In this document: one piece after another, positions 39,420-48,738 of the stretch
How positions within the stretch are numbered: position 1 is the stretch's first letter
Layout: every line of letters starts with the position of its first letter
DNA from: a virus
Taxonomy: Duplodnaviria > Caudoviricetes
DNA: 64,000 bases
IMG/VR virus record: IMGVR_UViG_3300031993_000007
Direction: 5' to 3' (one strand)
Position numbers and translations under genes: made by a program
Notes under the pieces: generated by a model
Told to the model about the DNA's origin: nothing
What the model saw: only the letters and a program-made list of their open reading frames with translations
The model's database searches: none

Positions 39420-41381
39420 TTATACTTCAATAAATGACGAGAAAGTTTTTCCACTTCCAATAGACTGGATTTGGAAACCCAGACTTCCCATCAAAGGATA
39501 GTCGGCTCTGGTGTTATCTTCTACAATCTTGTTAAAGTCAATAAGACCTACAAGAGCCTCTGGGATTTTATCGATTCGTTTCGGAATTGCTATGAACTTA
39601 GCGCCGCTCTTTTCAAAGTAGTCTGCATTGTTGGTAAAGACCTTTGAAGCGTTGTTGTATTCAGTAGCGAATTTTTCACGAATGGACTCAAGGTCATCTG
39701 TGCCTCTAATCTGAGAGATCGGAAGCATATACACCTTGGAATATGGCTGAATCTGATCGTTGGGATACATGGCATTCCAGAGAATAACAGCTTTGCAAAC
39801 AGAGTTAGCCGTCGGAGATTTGTAAGCCGTGAAATTAGTAAATTTTCCAGGCTTCAAAAAGTCCGTATTCAATTTTTGAGTTAGTGATGAATAAATTTCA
39901 TTCTCAAACTCGACGAATTTTCTCAGGATATTCTTTGGATTGATGGTGTCTGTGAATAGATACTCATCGTACAAAACCTGAGTAAAGAATTTTCTGGTCT
40001 TAGCGTTGGTACTGACTTTCTTAAGATCAAGGCCCTTGATATCCGGCTTCGGAGTATCGAATACCTTGCCTTCTCGCACCATCACGATAGAGGCATAATT
40101 CTTCTTATTCGGAGTCATCACCAGACGACGGAACAAGAATTCACTCTTCATGTTAATGTGCTTCTGATAGTCTTCCGAGACGCTTAAGCCGCTAGTAACG
40201 GCATCCAGAATGTCCTGAATCATGTTGGCGATGATATTGTTACCAATATGGGCCACTGCGATCTTGTGTTCTTTAGTATTCCTGACTTCAGGATCAACCT
40301 CGAATAGTTCCTCAAAAGTTTCCGTAATGAATTTGCCAAGATAAGCAAACAGAGAGTCAGAGTCAACCAATAGTACGCTACGGCGCTTAAGGCGCTTTAC
40401 AATTTCAGAACGGTTGAACTTGACGAACGGATGAGCAACATATTTGCGGACAAGATCATTTATCTTTCCCATCGGAACCTTAATCTGCTCTGTAGGAACA
40501 TTCGGATCTGTAAAATTCTGGTCATAACACTGACCCAGTAAATCTGCAACCTTATCTTGAAATAAGAACGCTTTAAGGTTGTTTGTGTAGTAGATACGGT
40601 TGATAAACTCCTGTGTACAGGTATTGACCATCTGTACGATAGGCTGTCTATCGATGTAGCATCCTTCCGCACACTTGGTCTTTGTCAAGTAGTCTATCAA
40701 GATTTCCGGGGTGATAGCATTAGGATCATCAAGCCATTCGGCAATCGGATCTTCATACTTAGAAGCATGGATTGCACATTCTTCAATAAATCGAATGGCG
40801 TCGTTTGTACTCTCAAATTGAATATTGTTTTCCATGAGAGCTTCAAGGAACATAACACCGCTAGTAATGATGGTATAGCCGTTGTATGTAGTACTTGGGC
40901 CGACAAACGAATTGGCCATGAAATAGGAACCTTGAGCGCTAGCACCATATTCGGCATTAATCACCAGCTTACAAAGAATCTGGAGAAGGTGATGAAGCTC
41001 TGTAATAGTCTGGTCTTCATCATTAAGATGCTCTAGCTCAATTTTCTTTTCGCGTTTACGACGATCTTGGACGTAGTTAATAAAGCTAATCAGCGGACTA
41101 AGATTATCAGAGTGTCTGGCCCACAAAGTACCATAAGCACTCAGGATATTCTTATTTCCGTAGACATCACCTATTACATCTACGAGGTCACATTCTTCTA
41201 CCGTATGATGGAAGTTATTGTGAATGACTACTCTATTTTTATCAGCAGTCTTTATCAACGCTTCTTCGATCATTTTAGATAGAAGCGGCTCAGCCTTGGC
41301 AGGGAATGCCTGGCCTGTCGTTAATGTATAAAGCCTCTTTACAGAGGATTTATAAGATTCTATAAAAGCATTTTGTTCCAT
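39420..41381 (-). CDS. Family B DNA polymerase, catalytic part of a split enzyme
   Basis: KLVINAEYG (motif B), VDSDS (motif C), KKNYA, KGLDLKK; no exonuclease domain seen. Confidence 0.8.
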   Translation of the reverse strand: MEQNAFIESYKSSVKRLYTLTTGQAFPAKAEPLLSKMIEEALIKTADKNRVVIHNNFHHTVEECDLVDVIGDVYGNKNILSAYGTLWARHSDNLSPLISFINYVQDRRKREKKIELEHLNDEDQTITELHHLLQILCKLVINAEYGASAQGSYFMANSFVGPSTTYNGYTIITSGVMFLEALMENNIQFESTNDAIRFIEECAIHASKYEDPIAEWLDDPNAITPEILIDYLTKTKCAEGCYIDRQPIVQMVNTCTQEFINRIYYTNNLKAFLFQDKVADLLGQCYDQNFTDPNVPTEQIKVPMGKINDLVRKYVAHPFVKFNRSEIVKRLKRRSVLLVDSDSLFAYLGKFITETFEELFEVDPEVRNTKEHKIAVAHIGNNIIANMIQDILDAVTSGLSVSEDYQKHINMKSEFLFRRLVMTPNKKNYASIVMVREGKVFDTPKPDIKGLDLKKVSTNAKTRKFFTQVLYDEYLFTDTINPKNILRKFVEFENEIYSSLTQKLNTDFLKPGKFTNFTAYKSPTANSVCKAVILWNAMYPNDQIQPYSKVYMLPISQIRGTDDLESIREKFATEYNNASKVFTNNADYFEKSGAKFIAIPKRIDKIPEALVGLIDFNKIVEDNTRADYPLMGSLGFQIQSIGSGKTFSSFIEV

Positions 41382-41511
41382 TTGTTATCTCGCTTCATCA
41401 TAGTGTTGAAGCAGATCATTCTTTCATATATTCGCATAACCAAAAAGCTTGAAAGTACAGACACTCAGAACGAAATATTGACACCCACCAACTAATTACA
41501 AAGGTAACACA

Positions 41512-42801
41512 ATGGCAAACTTAATGTCCAAATTTAGGTCGGAATACCTCAAAACATCCAATATAGGCTGCAAGGGAAATATTGTCAGCCTCCCCACAGG
41601 TCTCGATATCATTGACCTCTCCAATGGAGCTAAAGATCCGCAGACTGGTGATCTCCACCTTGGTATGCGTGAAGGCCACTTCATCTGCTTCGTAGGTGAT
41701 ACCGGTACTGGTAAATCTACGCTTGCGCAGCAGATGGCTTATGGCATTGTCCAGCCGTTTGAAAACGGTATGGTCAACGTCCTTGACCTTGAACGTGCAT
41801 ATCAGAAACCTCGTATGAAGAACCTTTATGCGAAGGGAGATCCTGAACTTCTTAAGAAGTTTGAAGAGCAAGTCGGCGATCCTCTTAACATTGACGTGTA
41901 TCTCGACGATATCCGTCAGATGCTTGCTGATACAGCTACTTTCAAGGAAGCACACAAGGCCGAACTCATGGAAACCTTTATTGATGCCAATGGCAAGAAG
42001 GTCGAAGTGATGGCTCCGACAATCTTCTTGATTGACTCCGTGGCTGCAATGGTAAGCCGTGATCGTGCTGCTACTGTCGAAAGTGGCGTTAATGATAACA
42101 ACATGAGCCACAGCCAGCAAGCTATCGAAAACTCTCAGTTCGTGACCAAGATCATGAACATCATGTTCAAGTATAACATCTATGTCTTCTTCTGCGGTCA
42201 TATCACGACCAAGGTCAACACCAATGCTGCGGATAAGCGTCCGTCGGCGTTCCCGTGGTTGGCTCCGGAAGAAAACCTTAAGGGTGGCAGAGCCGTTTGG
42301 TACTTTGCTGACTACATGGTTCGTATCCATAAGGGTACCATGCTTCATGATCCCGAAAAGGACTATGGCATTCATGGCTTCATTAACAAGATTCAGGTCT
42401 TGAAGAGCCGTGGTAACGACTCCGGTATTTCCTATCCGCTCGTGTTTGAACTGTCTCGTGGCTATGACAATCTTTTGTCTAACGTCCAGTTCCTCATTGA
42501 CAACAAGCGAATCCTTACTGGCACTCGCAGCTATCTGGACTCTATGCCGGATATCAAGTTTACCAAGAAGACCGTCCGTGAAGTGTGCAAACAGCATCCG
42601 GAACTTGAACAGGCTATCAGCGAAGAAGTACTGAAGATCTTTGAAGCTCATATGCCGTCCATTGTGTCTGATGGTTCTCAGAATGCTGCGGACGCTCCGG
42701 ATGAAGATGGCGTCGATCCGAGTGAAGTTCCGGATACCTCTAAGGCTGCTCCGGAAAATTCTAAAGGTGTTGCAGCCATCAAGAGTCGTCTGAAGAAATA
42801 A
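41512..42801 (+). CDS. recA: RecA/UvsX-like recombinase
   Basis: LPTGLDIID, GDTGTGKST, LDLE, LIDSVAAM, GGRAVWYFAD. Confidence 0.82.
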   Translation: MANLMSKFRSEYLKTSNIGCKGNIVSLPTGLDIIDLSNGAKDPQTGDLHLGMREGHFICFVGDTGTGKSTLAQQMAYGIVQPFENGMVNVLDLERAYQKPRMKNLYAKGDPELLKKFEEQVGDPLNIDVYLDDIRQMLADTATFKEAHKAELMETFIDANGKKVEVMAPTIFLIDSVAAMVSRDRAATVESGVNDNNMSHSQQAIENSQFVTKIMNIMFKYNIYVFFCGHITTKVNTNAADKRPSAFPWLAPEENLKGGRAVWYFADYMVRIHKGTMLHDPEKDYGIHGFINKIQVLKSRGNDSGISYPLVFELSRGYDNLLSNVQFLIDNKRILTGTRSYLDSMPDIKFTKKTVREVCKQHPELEQAISEEVLKIFEAHMPSIVSDGSQNAADAPDEDGVDPSEVPDTSKAAPENSKGVAAIKSRLKK

Positions 42802-42810
42802 AAATCGCAA

Positions 42811-42843
42811 AATACTCCCCTAGCCGAGGCTAGGGGTAGTATT
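42811..42843. terminator. Hairpin between convergent genes
   Basis: aatact-cccctagcc/ggctagggg-tagtatt. Confidence 0.6.
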
Positions 42844-42847
42844 ATTG

Positions 42848-43450
42848 TCACAGAGACTTACTGCGGATGAGTGATTTACGCAGGATCTCTTTGCACTTGT
42901 TTTCGAGTTCGGTCTTGTGTTGGAGACCGTTTACGTTCTTGAGGTTTCGACCGATGCAAGCGGCTTCATTGGCATATAAAGCACACATAGGCTTCATCTG
43001 GCAATTAACCAAACTGTCATGAAGGCCGTTGTACAGCTTAATAAGATCGTATTCAGAGTGGATCTTATACTGGTTCTGGTCTGCATCCAAAAAGATCTTC
43101 ATGCGATTCATACGGTCTTGGACATACATCCTAAGACTGTCAATTCGGTGCAGAAGAGTCTGATGAGGCATGAGACGCTTGAGCGTATGATGGTCAATCG
43201 TCTTCAGTTCATCACAGTTGTCAACGATCTTTTCACTTACGAGGGCCTTACCAATTCCGCCAAAGGAGCTTTTCACAAAAGATTCATGGAAAGCGTCAAG
43301 GCGTTCATTAAGCATTTTCAGCTTGTCCGGATCCGAAGAGGCTACAGCAAGGCGGCTTCCAAGATCCAGCCAACGGTCGATACCAGCGCTGAAGACAGCT
43401 GCAAGCTGTTCACGCATGGATTCTTGTTCAGCAATAGATTTAAAGCTCAT
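42848..43450 (-). CDS. Hypothetical protein
   Basis: ATG 43450 after GGAGG; overlaps the upstream stop. Confidence 0.6.
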   Translation of the reverse strand: MSFKSIAEQESMREQLAAVFSAGIDRWLDLGSRLAVASSDPDKLKMLNERLDAFHESFVKSSFGGIGKALVSEKIVDNCDELKTIDHHTLKRLMPHQTLLHRIDSLRMYVQDRMNRMKIFLDADQNQYKIHSEYDLIKLYNGLHDSLVNCQMKPMCALYANEAACIGRNLKNVNGLQHKTELENKCKEILRKSLIRSKSL

Positions 43451-44237
43451 AAGGTTCCTCCTGCTTCGGAGCCGAAGCTCGGCGTTGAAGGATTCCAAGC
43501 AAGTTGCCCAGAAGCATTTTCCAATCACGGTAGCACGGGCCAAGAGACCAGCTGGACGGACTGTTAGGATTAGCCACAGCTGTGTTCACACTCTTGCTTT
43601 GACCACGATCAAAGTCTACAAGAGAATCCAACTTGTCCTGAAGATCCTTGACGTGTTTGATATACAAGCCAATTTCAGGAGTAGTCTCAGCTTTCTTGAT
43701 CATTTCTGCACCATGAATCTTCGGATCATTGGTCAAGAAGAACATGATGTTTCTGTACACATTAGAAGTACGTTCTTCAACGGCAGAAATCTTATTGCCC
43801 TCGTTCAGGTGAGCTTGGCTGATGAGCGAACGAATCTTGGACTGAATATCAGAAAGATCTGCCGAAACAGAGTTAATAGCAATATTAGCCGTAACTTCGC
43901 CCATGTAGTCCATGATATCCGGAATATACATAGCGCCGCTTTCCAGAGCTGGAGTATGGCTCAAATAGTTTCCAGATAGACTTACCGGAACGGTATTCTT
44001 AATCTCCTGGTCAACAGCTTCAGAGCCGAGAGATTCCAGGGCTTTGTTCATACCACTCTTAAGAGTAGAAATGAATTCATCAATATCCTTAAGGACTTCT
44101 TCAGACTCGGCCTGACTGACACGCAGACGGAGTTCCTTTACCAATCGATGCGGATTCGCAAAGATGACAAAGCGACCAGAGGACTCAACCTTAATCGGAG
44201 TAGAAGTTTTAGGGGCATTAGAGTCAAGCAATTTCAT
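43440..44237 (-). CDS. Putative head protein
   Basis: Contains ALE-S and GSE-A protease-like sites; in a late-type operon. Confidence 0.5.
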   Translation of the reverse strand: MKLLDSNAPKTSTPIKVESSGRFVIFANPHRLVKELRLRVSQAESEEVLKDIDEFISTLKSGMNKALESLGSEAVDQEIKNTVPVSLSGNYLSHTPALESGAMYIPDIMDYMGEVTANIAINSVSADLSDIQSKIRSLISQAHLNEGNKISAVEERTSNVYRNIMFFLTNDPKIHGAEMIKKAETTPEIGLYIKHVKDLQDKLDSLVDFDRGQSKSVNTAVANPNSPSSWSLGPCYRDWKMLLGNLLGILQRRASAPKQEEPYEL

Positions 44238-44240
44238 AGG

Positions 44241-44960
44241 TTATTTACCAAGAAGTTTGTCGTAAATGTGCTGTACGCTTTCAGAGCCGTATTCGTCGTC
44301 TTCATCTTCCGGAATGTCATCCATGCCACCTTCACGATGGTCATGGTACTGTTCCTTACGAAGCTGTTCACGCTTGCTCATGGCCTTGCGACGAAGGGTA
44401 AAGAGCTCATTCTGCACCTGACGGAGCATAGATTTACCCTTGTTGATATACACAGAGTTGGCAAGAGCCGCCGTAATACCAACGGCAGCGCCAGCTACAC
44501 CAGCCACAGAAGCACCAATCGTGATGATACCAGCCTTGATGATAGCACGAAGGAAAGAACGCATGGTAGCGTTATTTTCTAGGATGTCCTTGATTTCATC
44601 GATCTTCTTGTCGATTTCTTCAATGACGTTCATAATGTCAGGCACAGTGTGGCATTCATTAATGCGCTTAGAAAATTCGTTGACCCAGCGAGTCTTGTCT
44701 TCGGTAACGAGTTCTACTACCCACTCTATAGCGCCTTCATTGGCAACCGTCATGGAACGAAGAACATCGATACGATTCTGCAAAGCATCGATGGTGTCCA
44801 AGACAACCTTGTTATCGGCTGCAGCGAAAATGGCACCGGACATGTCCGTGCCTTCATTAGCAGCAACCATAATCCGTTCCACAGTCGTACGCAAGTCATT
44901 ACGCTTGCCAAGAACAAACTGGGTAACGTCGTCGCTAGAAAGGTTCAAAGATTTAAGCAT
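44241..44960 (-). CDS. Putative processed head protein with hydrophobic segment
   Basis: AANE-G and VANE-G sites; AGIITIGASVAGVAGAAVGITAALA; late-type motif at 44989-45000. Confidence 0.55.
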   Translation of the reverse strand: MLKSLNLSSDDVTQFVLGKRNDLRTTVERIMVAANEGTDMSGAIFAAADNKVVLDTIDALQNRIDVLRSMTVANEGAIEWVVELVTEDKTRWVNEFSKRINECHTVPDIMNVIEEIDKKIDEIKDILENNATMRSFLRAIIKAGIITIGASVAGVAGAAVGITAALANSVYINKGKSMLRQVQNELFTLRRKAMSKREQLRKEQYHDHREGGMDDIPEDEDDEYGSESVQHIYDKLLGK

Positions 44961-45073
44961 ATTCTACCTTTACCTTAAAGGTTATTTTCAATATGAAGTT
45001 TTTGAATCCATGAAAACACTATAAAAAAAAATAAAAGGCGGCACTAGGCCGCCTAATTTTTTTGTAGAAAGCA

Positions 45074-46162
45074 CTAGAGACCTTTAATAAGATCTTCCAG
45101 CGTCTTCTTTGCAGCAGCAACCTTTGCAGCCTTTTGAGCCTGAGTCGTCTGCATTTGCGTGATATAGCTATTCTTGTTAGCTAAGTGATTCTCTAGCCTT
45201 TGGATTGTCTGTTTTTGTTCTTGGACTTCATCCTCAAGCGTGCGAATCTTAGCTTCCAGCTCTACAATCCGTTCGTCCTTCTCGTCCATTTTAAAGGCCT
45301 TGAATTTCGCCGGATCTAGCTCTTTCAGCTTTGAATTGACCCACCAGCTTAACCAACTAGTAGACATACCGAGTTTATCGGCATTCTCCTTGAGAGATAA
45401 GTTTGGATCAAAGGCTGATGCTCGTCTGCCATCACGATCATACTTCCGTGTAATCTCTTCGCCGCATTTCTTACGAAAGATCGTTACGGACAAGTCGTGC
45501 TGGAATGCCCAGTCTTGGAGACACAGGTCAGATTTCATCATGCCTTCAATCTCAGCCTGCCAGTTAACTGTACGACGTTTATAATCGTACCTCTTCTGCC
45601 AGACTTCCTTTGGACAGATCTTTTGGAATTTGTTAATATCCAGCCCTTGCTCTGAGCAGAACTGCTGCACAGAGATGGTCGGCACATCCTCCAGAAAGAT
45701 TCTAAGCAATTCCCGCCAGTCATTCCTTTCCTTGTATACATACCTTTGTTGCCAAAGGTCTTGGGGAATGATATTCCTGAGTTGAGTCTCCGGAATATCT
45801 GAATGACTAACAAGAAATTCTTGCACAGTCTCTTGTGAGTCTTTGAATTCCTTCAAGATTTCCTTGCGGCGTCTTCTACTCCACTCACGAGAGCTTTCAA
45901 CTACTTGCGGAGTTGGAACCTCTGCTTCTCTTTTTACAAAGGAACGAATTAACAATTCTTTTTGTGGGCCAGTGAGCTCAAGAAGCACAGAGTCACGAAT
46001 AACCTCTGCCACGTCTGCATACTCGAATCCATAGCTGGATGCAAATACCTTCATGTCTGGATGTTCGTGATCCTCTCGGATGTATTTGTCCAAAGAGTTC
46101 TCTATCTCGTCAAATCGTTCGCATCTGCTCGAAGCGTTCTTATCCTTTGTTAAATCGGCCAT
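45074..46162 (-). CDS. Multi-HTH DNA-binding protein with C-terminal coiled coil
   Basis: Three internal repeats and LSLKENADKLGMSTSWLSWW helix-turn-helix. Confidence 0.6.
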   Translation of the reverse strand: MADLTKDKNASSRCERFDEIENSLDKYIREDHEHPDMKVFASSYGFEYADVAEVIRDSVLLELTGPQKELLIRSFVKREAEVPTPQVVESSREWSRRRRKEILKEFKDSQETVQEFLVSHSDIPETQLRNIIPQDLWQQRYVYKERNDWRELLRIFLEDVPTISVQQFCSEQGLDINKFQKICPKEVWQKRYDYKRRTVNWQAEIEGMMKSDLCLQDWAFQHDLSVTIFRKKCGEEITRKYDRDGRRASAFDPNLSLKENADKLGMSTSWLSWWVNSKLKELDPAKFKAFKMDEKDERIVELEAKIRTLEDEVQEQKQTIQRLENHLANKNSYITQMQTTQAQKAAKVAAAKKTLEDLIKGL

Positions 46163-46241
46163 ATTTTATACCTCCAGTATAATCCGTAAGCACCATTGCT
46201 TACGGATGTATGGTCATAATTTAATATAGGAGGTTTTTAAA

Positions 46242-46574
46242 TTATTCTACGCAATCTAAAGGTTCTCCCTCTCCTCTGGTAATGTCTTTCAAGACATGCC
46301 AACAATCCGGACTGTCAAAGTAAGCCACAAAGCCAGCCTTTTCATAAGCGCTCCAGCTCTCTCCACCGTATGCCGGAAGACAAGTCGGCTTGAAATGCTG
46401 AGGATACTTAAGATGTTTAGGCCCAAGACGCCTAAGCATAACCTGTCCGGCATCATTAAGATCATCCTTGGTTAGGAGATGCGCTCGCCTAAGCGGAACA
46501 TTCTTTCCTCGGCGTTTCCAGTAGTTTTGCTCCAGAGTGGCAAAGGACAATTCTTCAGTAGGTTCGTTAGTCAT
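46242..46574 (-). CDS. Hypothetical protein, paralog of 46567-46824
   Basis: Shared DLN..G, FKP..L.P and LKD motifs. Confidence 0.6.
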   Translation of the reverse strand: MTNEPTEELSFATLEQNYWKRRGKNVPLRRAHLLTKDDLNDAGQVMLRRLGPKHLKYPQHFKPTCLPAYGGESWSAYEKAGFVAYFDSPDCWHVLKDITRGEGEPLDCVE

Positions 46575-46824
46575 GGTCAGTCTCGTCTTTAAGGATCTTA
46601 AAGTGGTCTAAAGCATGAAATAAAATAAACCCAAAGGGGGTTAAATCCATAGGCTTGAAGTCCATTAGATTAATCCCTTCTGGGTTTCTATCAAATTTCT
46701 TGAGACCGTTTTCATTAAGATCCTGATATCGCAGTACACAGTACCGTTTGATCTTTGCCTTTCCAGCCAAACACCGCTTAAAGTACTGTAAAGCATATTC
46801 AGATTCTTGCATAATTAGCCTCAA
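46567..46824 (-). CDS. Hypothetical protein, paralog of 46242-46574
   Basis: Shared DLN..G, FKP..L.P and LKD motifs. Confidence 0.55.
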   Translation of the reverse strand: MRLIMQESEYALQYFKRCLAGKAKIKRYCVLRYQDLNENGLKKFDRNPEGINLMDFKPMDLTPFGFILFHALDHFKILKDETDHD

Positions 46825-46834
46825 TGACTTGTTT

Positions 46835-47026
46835 TTAGAATTTTTGGAATCTTGTGAATAATTCTGAAATAACTATATAGTCCGTTTCTACTTCGGGCTC
46901 CGCTGAAGCCTTAATGTCGCTTAGGGTGCTAGCGCCATCAATGATCTCCTTTAGAGCTATCATCAACAGGTATTTCATAGGCAAGACTTCCAAGACCTTT
47001 CTGAATGCGACATTCGTATCGTTCAT
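46835..47026 (-). CDS. Hypothetical protein
   Basis: 63-aa ORF in a co-oriented cluster. Confidence 0.45.
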   Translation of the reverse strand: MNDTNVAFRKVLEVLPMKYLLMIALKEIIDGASTLSDIKASAEPEVETDYIVISELFTRFQKF

Positions 47027-47076
47027 CTTGTTAAGATAGAATTTTGCCCAAGATGTAAACGGATGATGAAGAGTCT

Positions 47077-47433
47077 TCAGAAGTCTAACTTCCTTAGGTA
47101 TGGGGGATGACTAAACCAATCCATGATGAGCATATCACCTATAGAATCGTTGAATTCTCTTTGGCTGCTCATCAGATATCCAAATCCTTTCGGAAAAGAC
47201 AGCCAGAATTCAAAGTGGGTCGAAACAATCATCATTTTGATGGTGTCTATCTGAGTCCAGAACTTAGGATCTAAGTCCTTGCAAAATTTTTCTCTGAAAT
47301 CCCAGTTTATGAGTACCGACGCTGAAGTTTTCAAGTCAGGATCGTTACAGATTTCTTCGTAGATATCTAGCATCAAAGATTCAGTCATCGTTTGAATTGG
47401 GACTATCGGTGGCTGTTTCGTCTGCTGTTCCAT
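47077..47433 (-). CDS. Hypothetical protein
   Basis: 118 aa, GAGG RBS. Confidence 0.6.
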   Translation of the reverse strand: MEQQTKQPPIVPIQTMTESLMLDIYEEICNDPDLKTSASVLINWDFREKFCKDLDPKFWTQIDTIKMMIVSTHFEFWLSFPKGFGYLMSSQREFNDSIGDMLIMDWFSHPPYLRKLDF

Positions 47434-48667
47434 TATTAGTATCCTCCTCTGCTAAGAGTTCGTTTTCCATTGGGGTTGTTAGACATAAGTCCGTAAGGGT
47501 CTTCGTAATGACAAGATCTCTTGAAGCCCCTTTAGAAGTGTCAATTTTCAGACCTGTGTAAGATGTAGGATCAGCAACAACGCTTTCATACAAGTCCTCG
47601 ATCAGTTTCTTGCTGAGATCGCTCAGAGAAGATTCGGAGTCTATCTTGTACATAGCTTCACATTCGACCTTGATCCTGTTTAGTTTTGCTAAAAACTTCT
47701 TTGTCGTGTCTATCTCGCCGTCAACGATTTCACGGAATTTTTCAATCTTCTTCGCTCTGACGAAAGTTCTAAGACCAAGATAGGCTTTAACTGTAGCCTT
47801 GTCTATACCTCCAATGTACTTCCCTCCGGTAAATTCTTCTTCGGATAGGGTTTCAGAGTCGTGTTTCTCCATGATGTCGATCACTTTACAGATGTCATAC
47901 AGCGAAGAGGTAAAGCCTTTCTTTTTATGAGAGAACAGGCGCAAAAACACGTCTTTCATAGTATGATATCTAGGATGGTACACAATAGTACTAATGAACG
48001 GCTTTTCGTTGAAGTATTTTGTGACAGCAGAGAATAGAGCGATTTCTTTAGGCCAGTAGGTCAAAGATAGCAGCAGCTTGCTGGCCTCACGGAAAGTGGA
48101 AAACTGGTCAAATCTTAGCGGAACGTTGAAGATCCGAGTTCCGATTTTTGGGATATCTATTTTGGCCAGTTTGAACGTAAGATCTTTAAAGGTACAGATA
48201 TACTGCCTAAGTTTGTTTGTATAATTGATAGCAAAATGAAAGCTAATGACTTCCAGTTCATACCCGAAAGTAAGATCCTGCTGGTTCCAGCTGTTATGGG
48301 AGATTACCAAAACATCTTTCCATCCAGTGTCGTCTTTCTTGTTGAAAGAATTTCTCATTAAATTCGTAGCAGAACTCATGTCTAATATCGCTTTCACGTT
48401 AGGTACAGTATAGGCGTTTCCTTCAAGTACAGAGATAAGATTTGGGAATCTTTCTCGGATGGTGGCATTCTCTTCTGGGCTACCGTCGGTGTATTCAAGA
48501 AACCTCTCGGTATTTACCAAGTACAAATCTTTATAATCATTTTGGATGTCTTCGTCCAGCTCAAATTCGTCCGGATCATAGAAACCCATTTTGATGTATC
48601 GAATCTTTTTCTCCTCGTCGTCGCACCTGTAGAGCATGGCACAAGCCAGCTGATTAATGTCCTTCAT
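47381..48667 (-). CDS. Hypothetical protein
   Basis: 428 aa, AAGGA RBS. Confidence 0.7.
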   Translation of the reverse strand: MKDINQLACAMLYRCDDEEKKIRYIKMGFYDPDEFELDEDIQNDYKDLYLVNTERFLEYTDGSPEENATIRERFPNLISVLEGNAYTVPNVKAILDMSSATNLMRNSFNKKDDTGWKDVLVISHNSWNQQDLTFGYELEVISFHFAINYTNKLRQYICTFKDLTFKLAKIDIPKIGTRIFNVPLRFDQFSTFREASKLLLSLTYWPKEIALFSAVTKYFNEKPFISTIVYHPRYHTMKDVFLRLFSHKKKGFTSSLYDICKVIDIMEKHDSETLSEEEFTGGKYIGGIDKATVKAYLGLRTFVRAKKIEKFREIVDGEIDTTKKFLAKLNRIKVECEAMYKIDSESSLSDLSKKLIEDLYESVVADPTSYTGLKIDTSKGASRDLVITKTLTDLCLTTPMENELLAEEDTNNGTADETATDSPNSNDD

Positions 48668-48738
48668 AATTCTTCCTTTGTTGGTTACATAATTTTATAT
48701 AATATTTTGTAACATCTAAAAATAACAAAGGGAACAAA

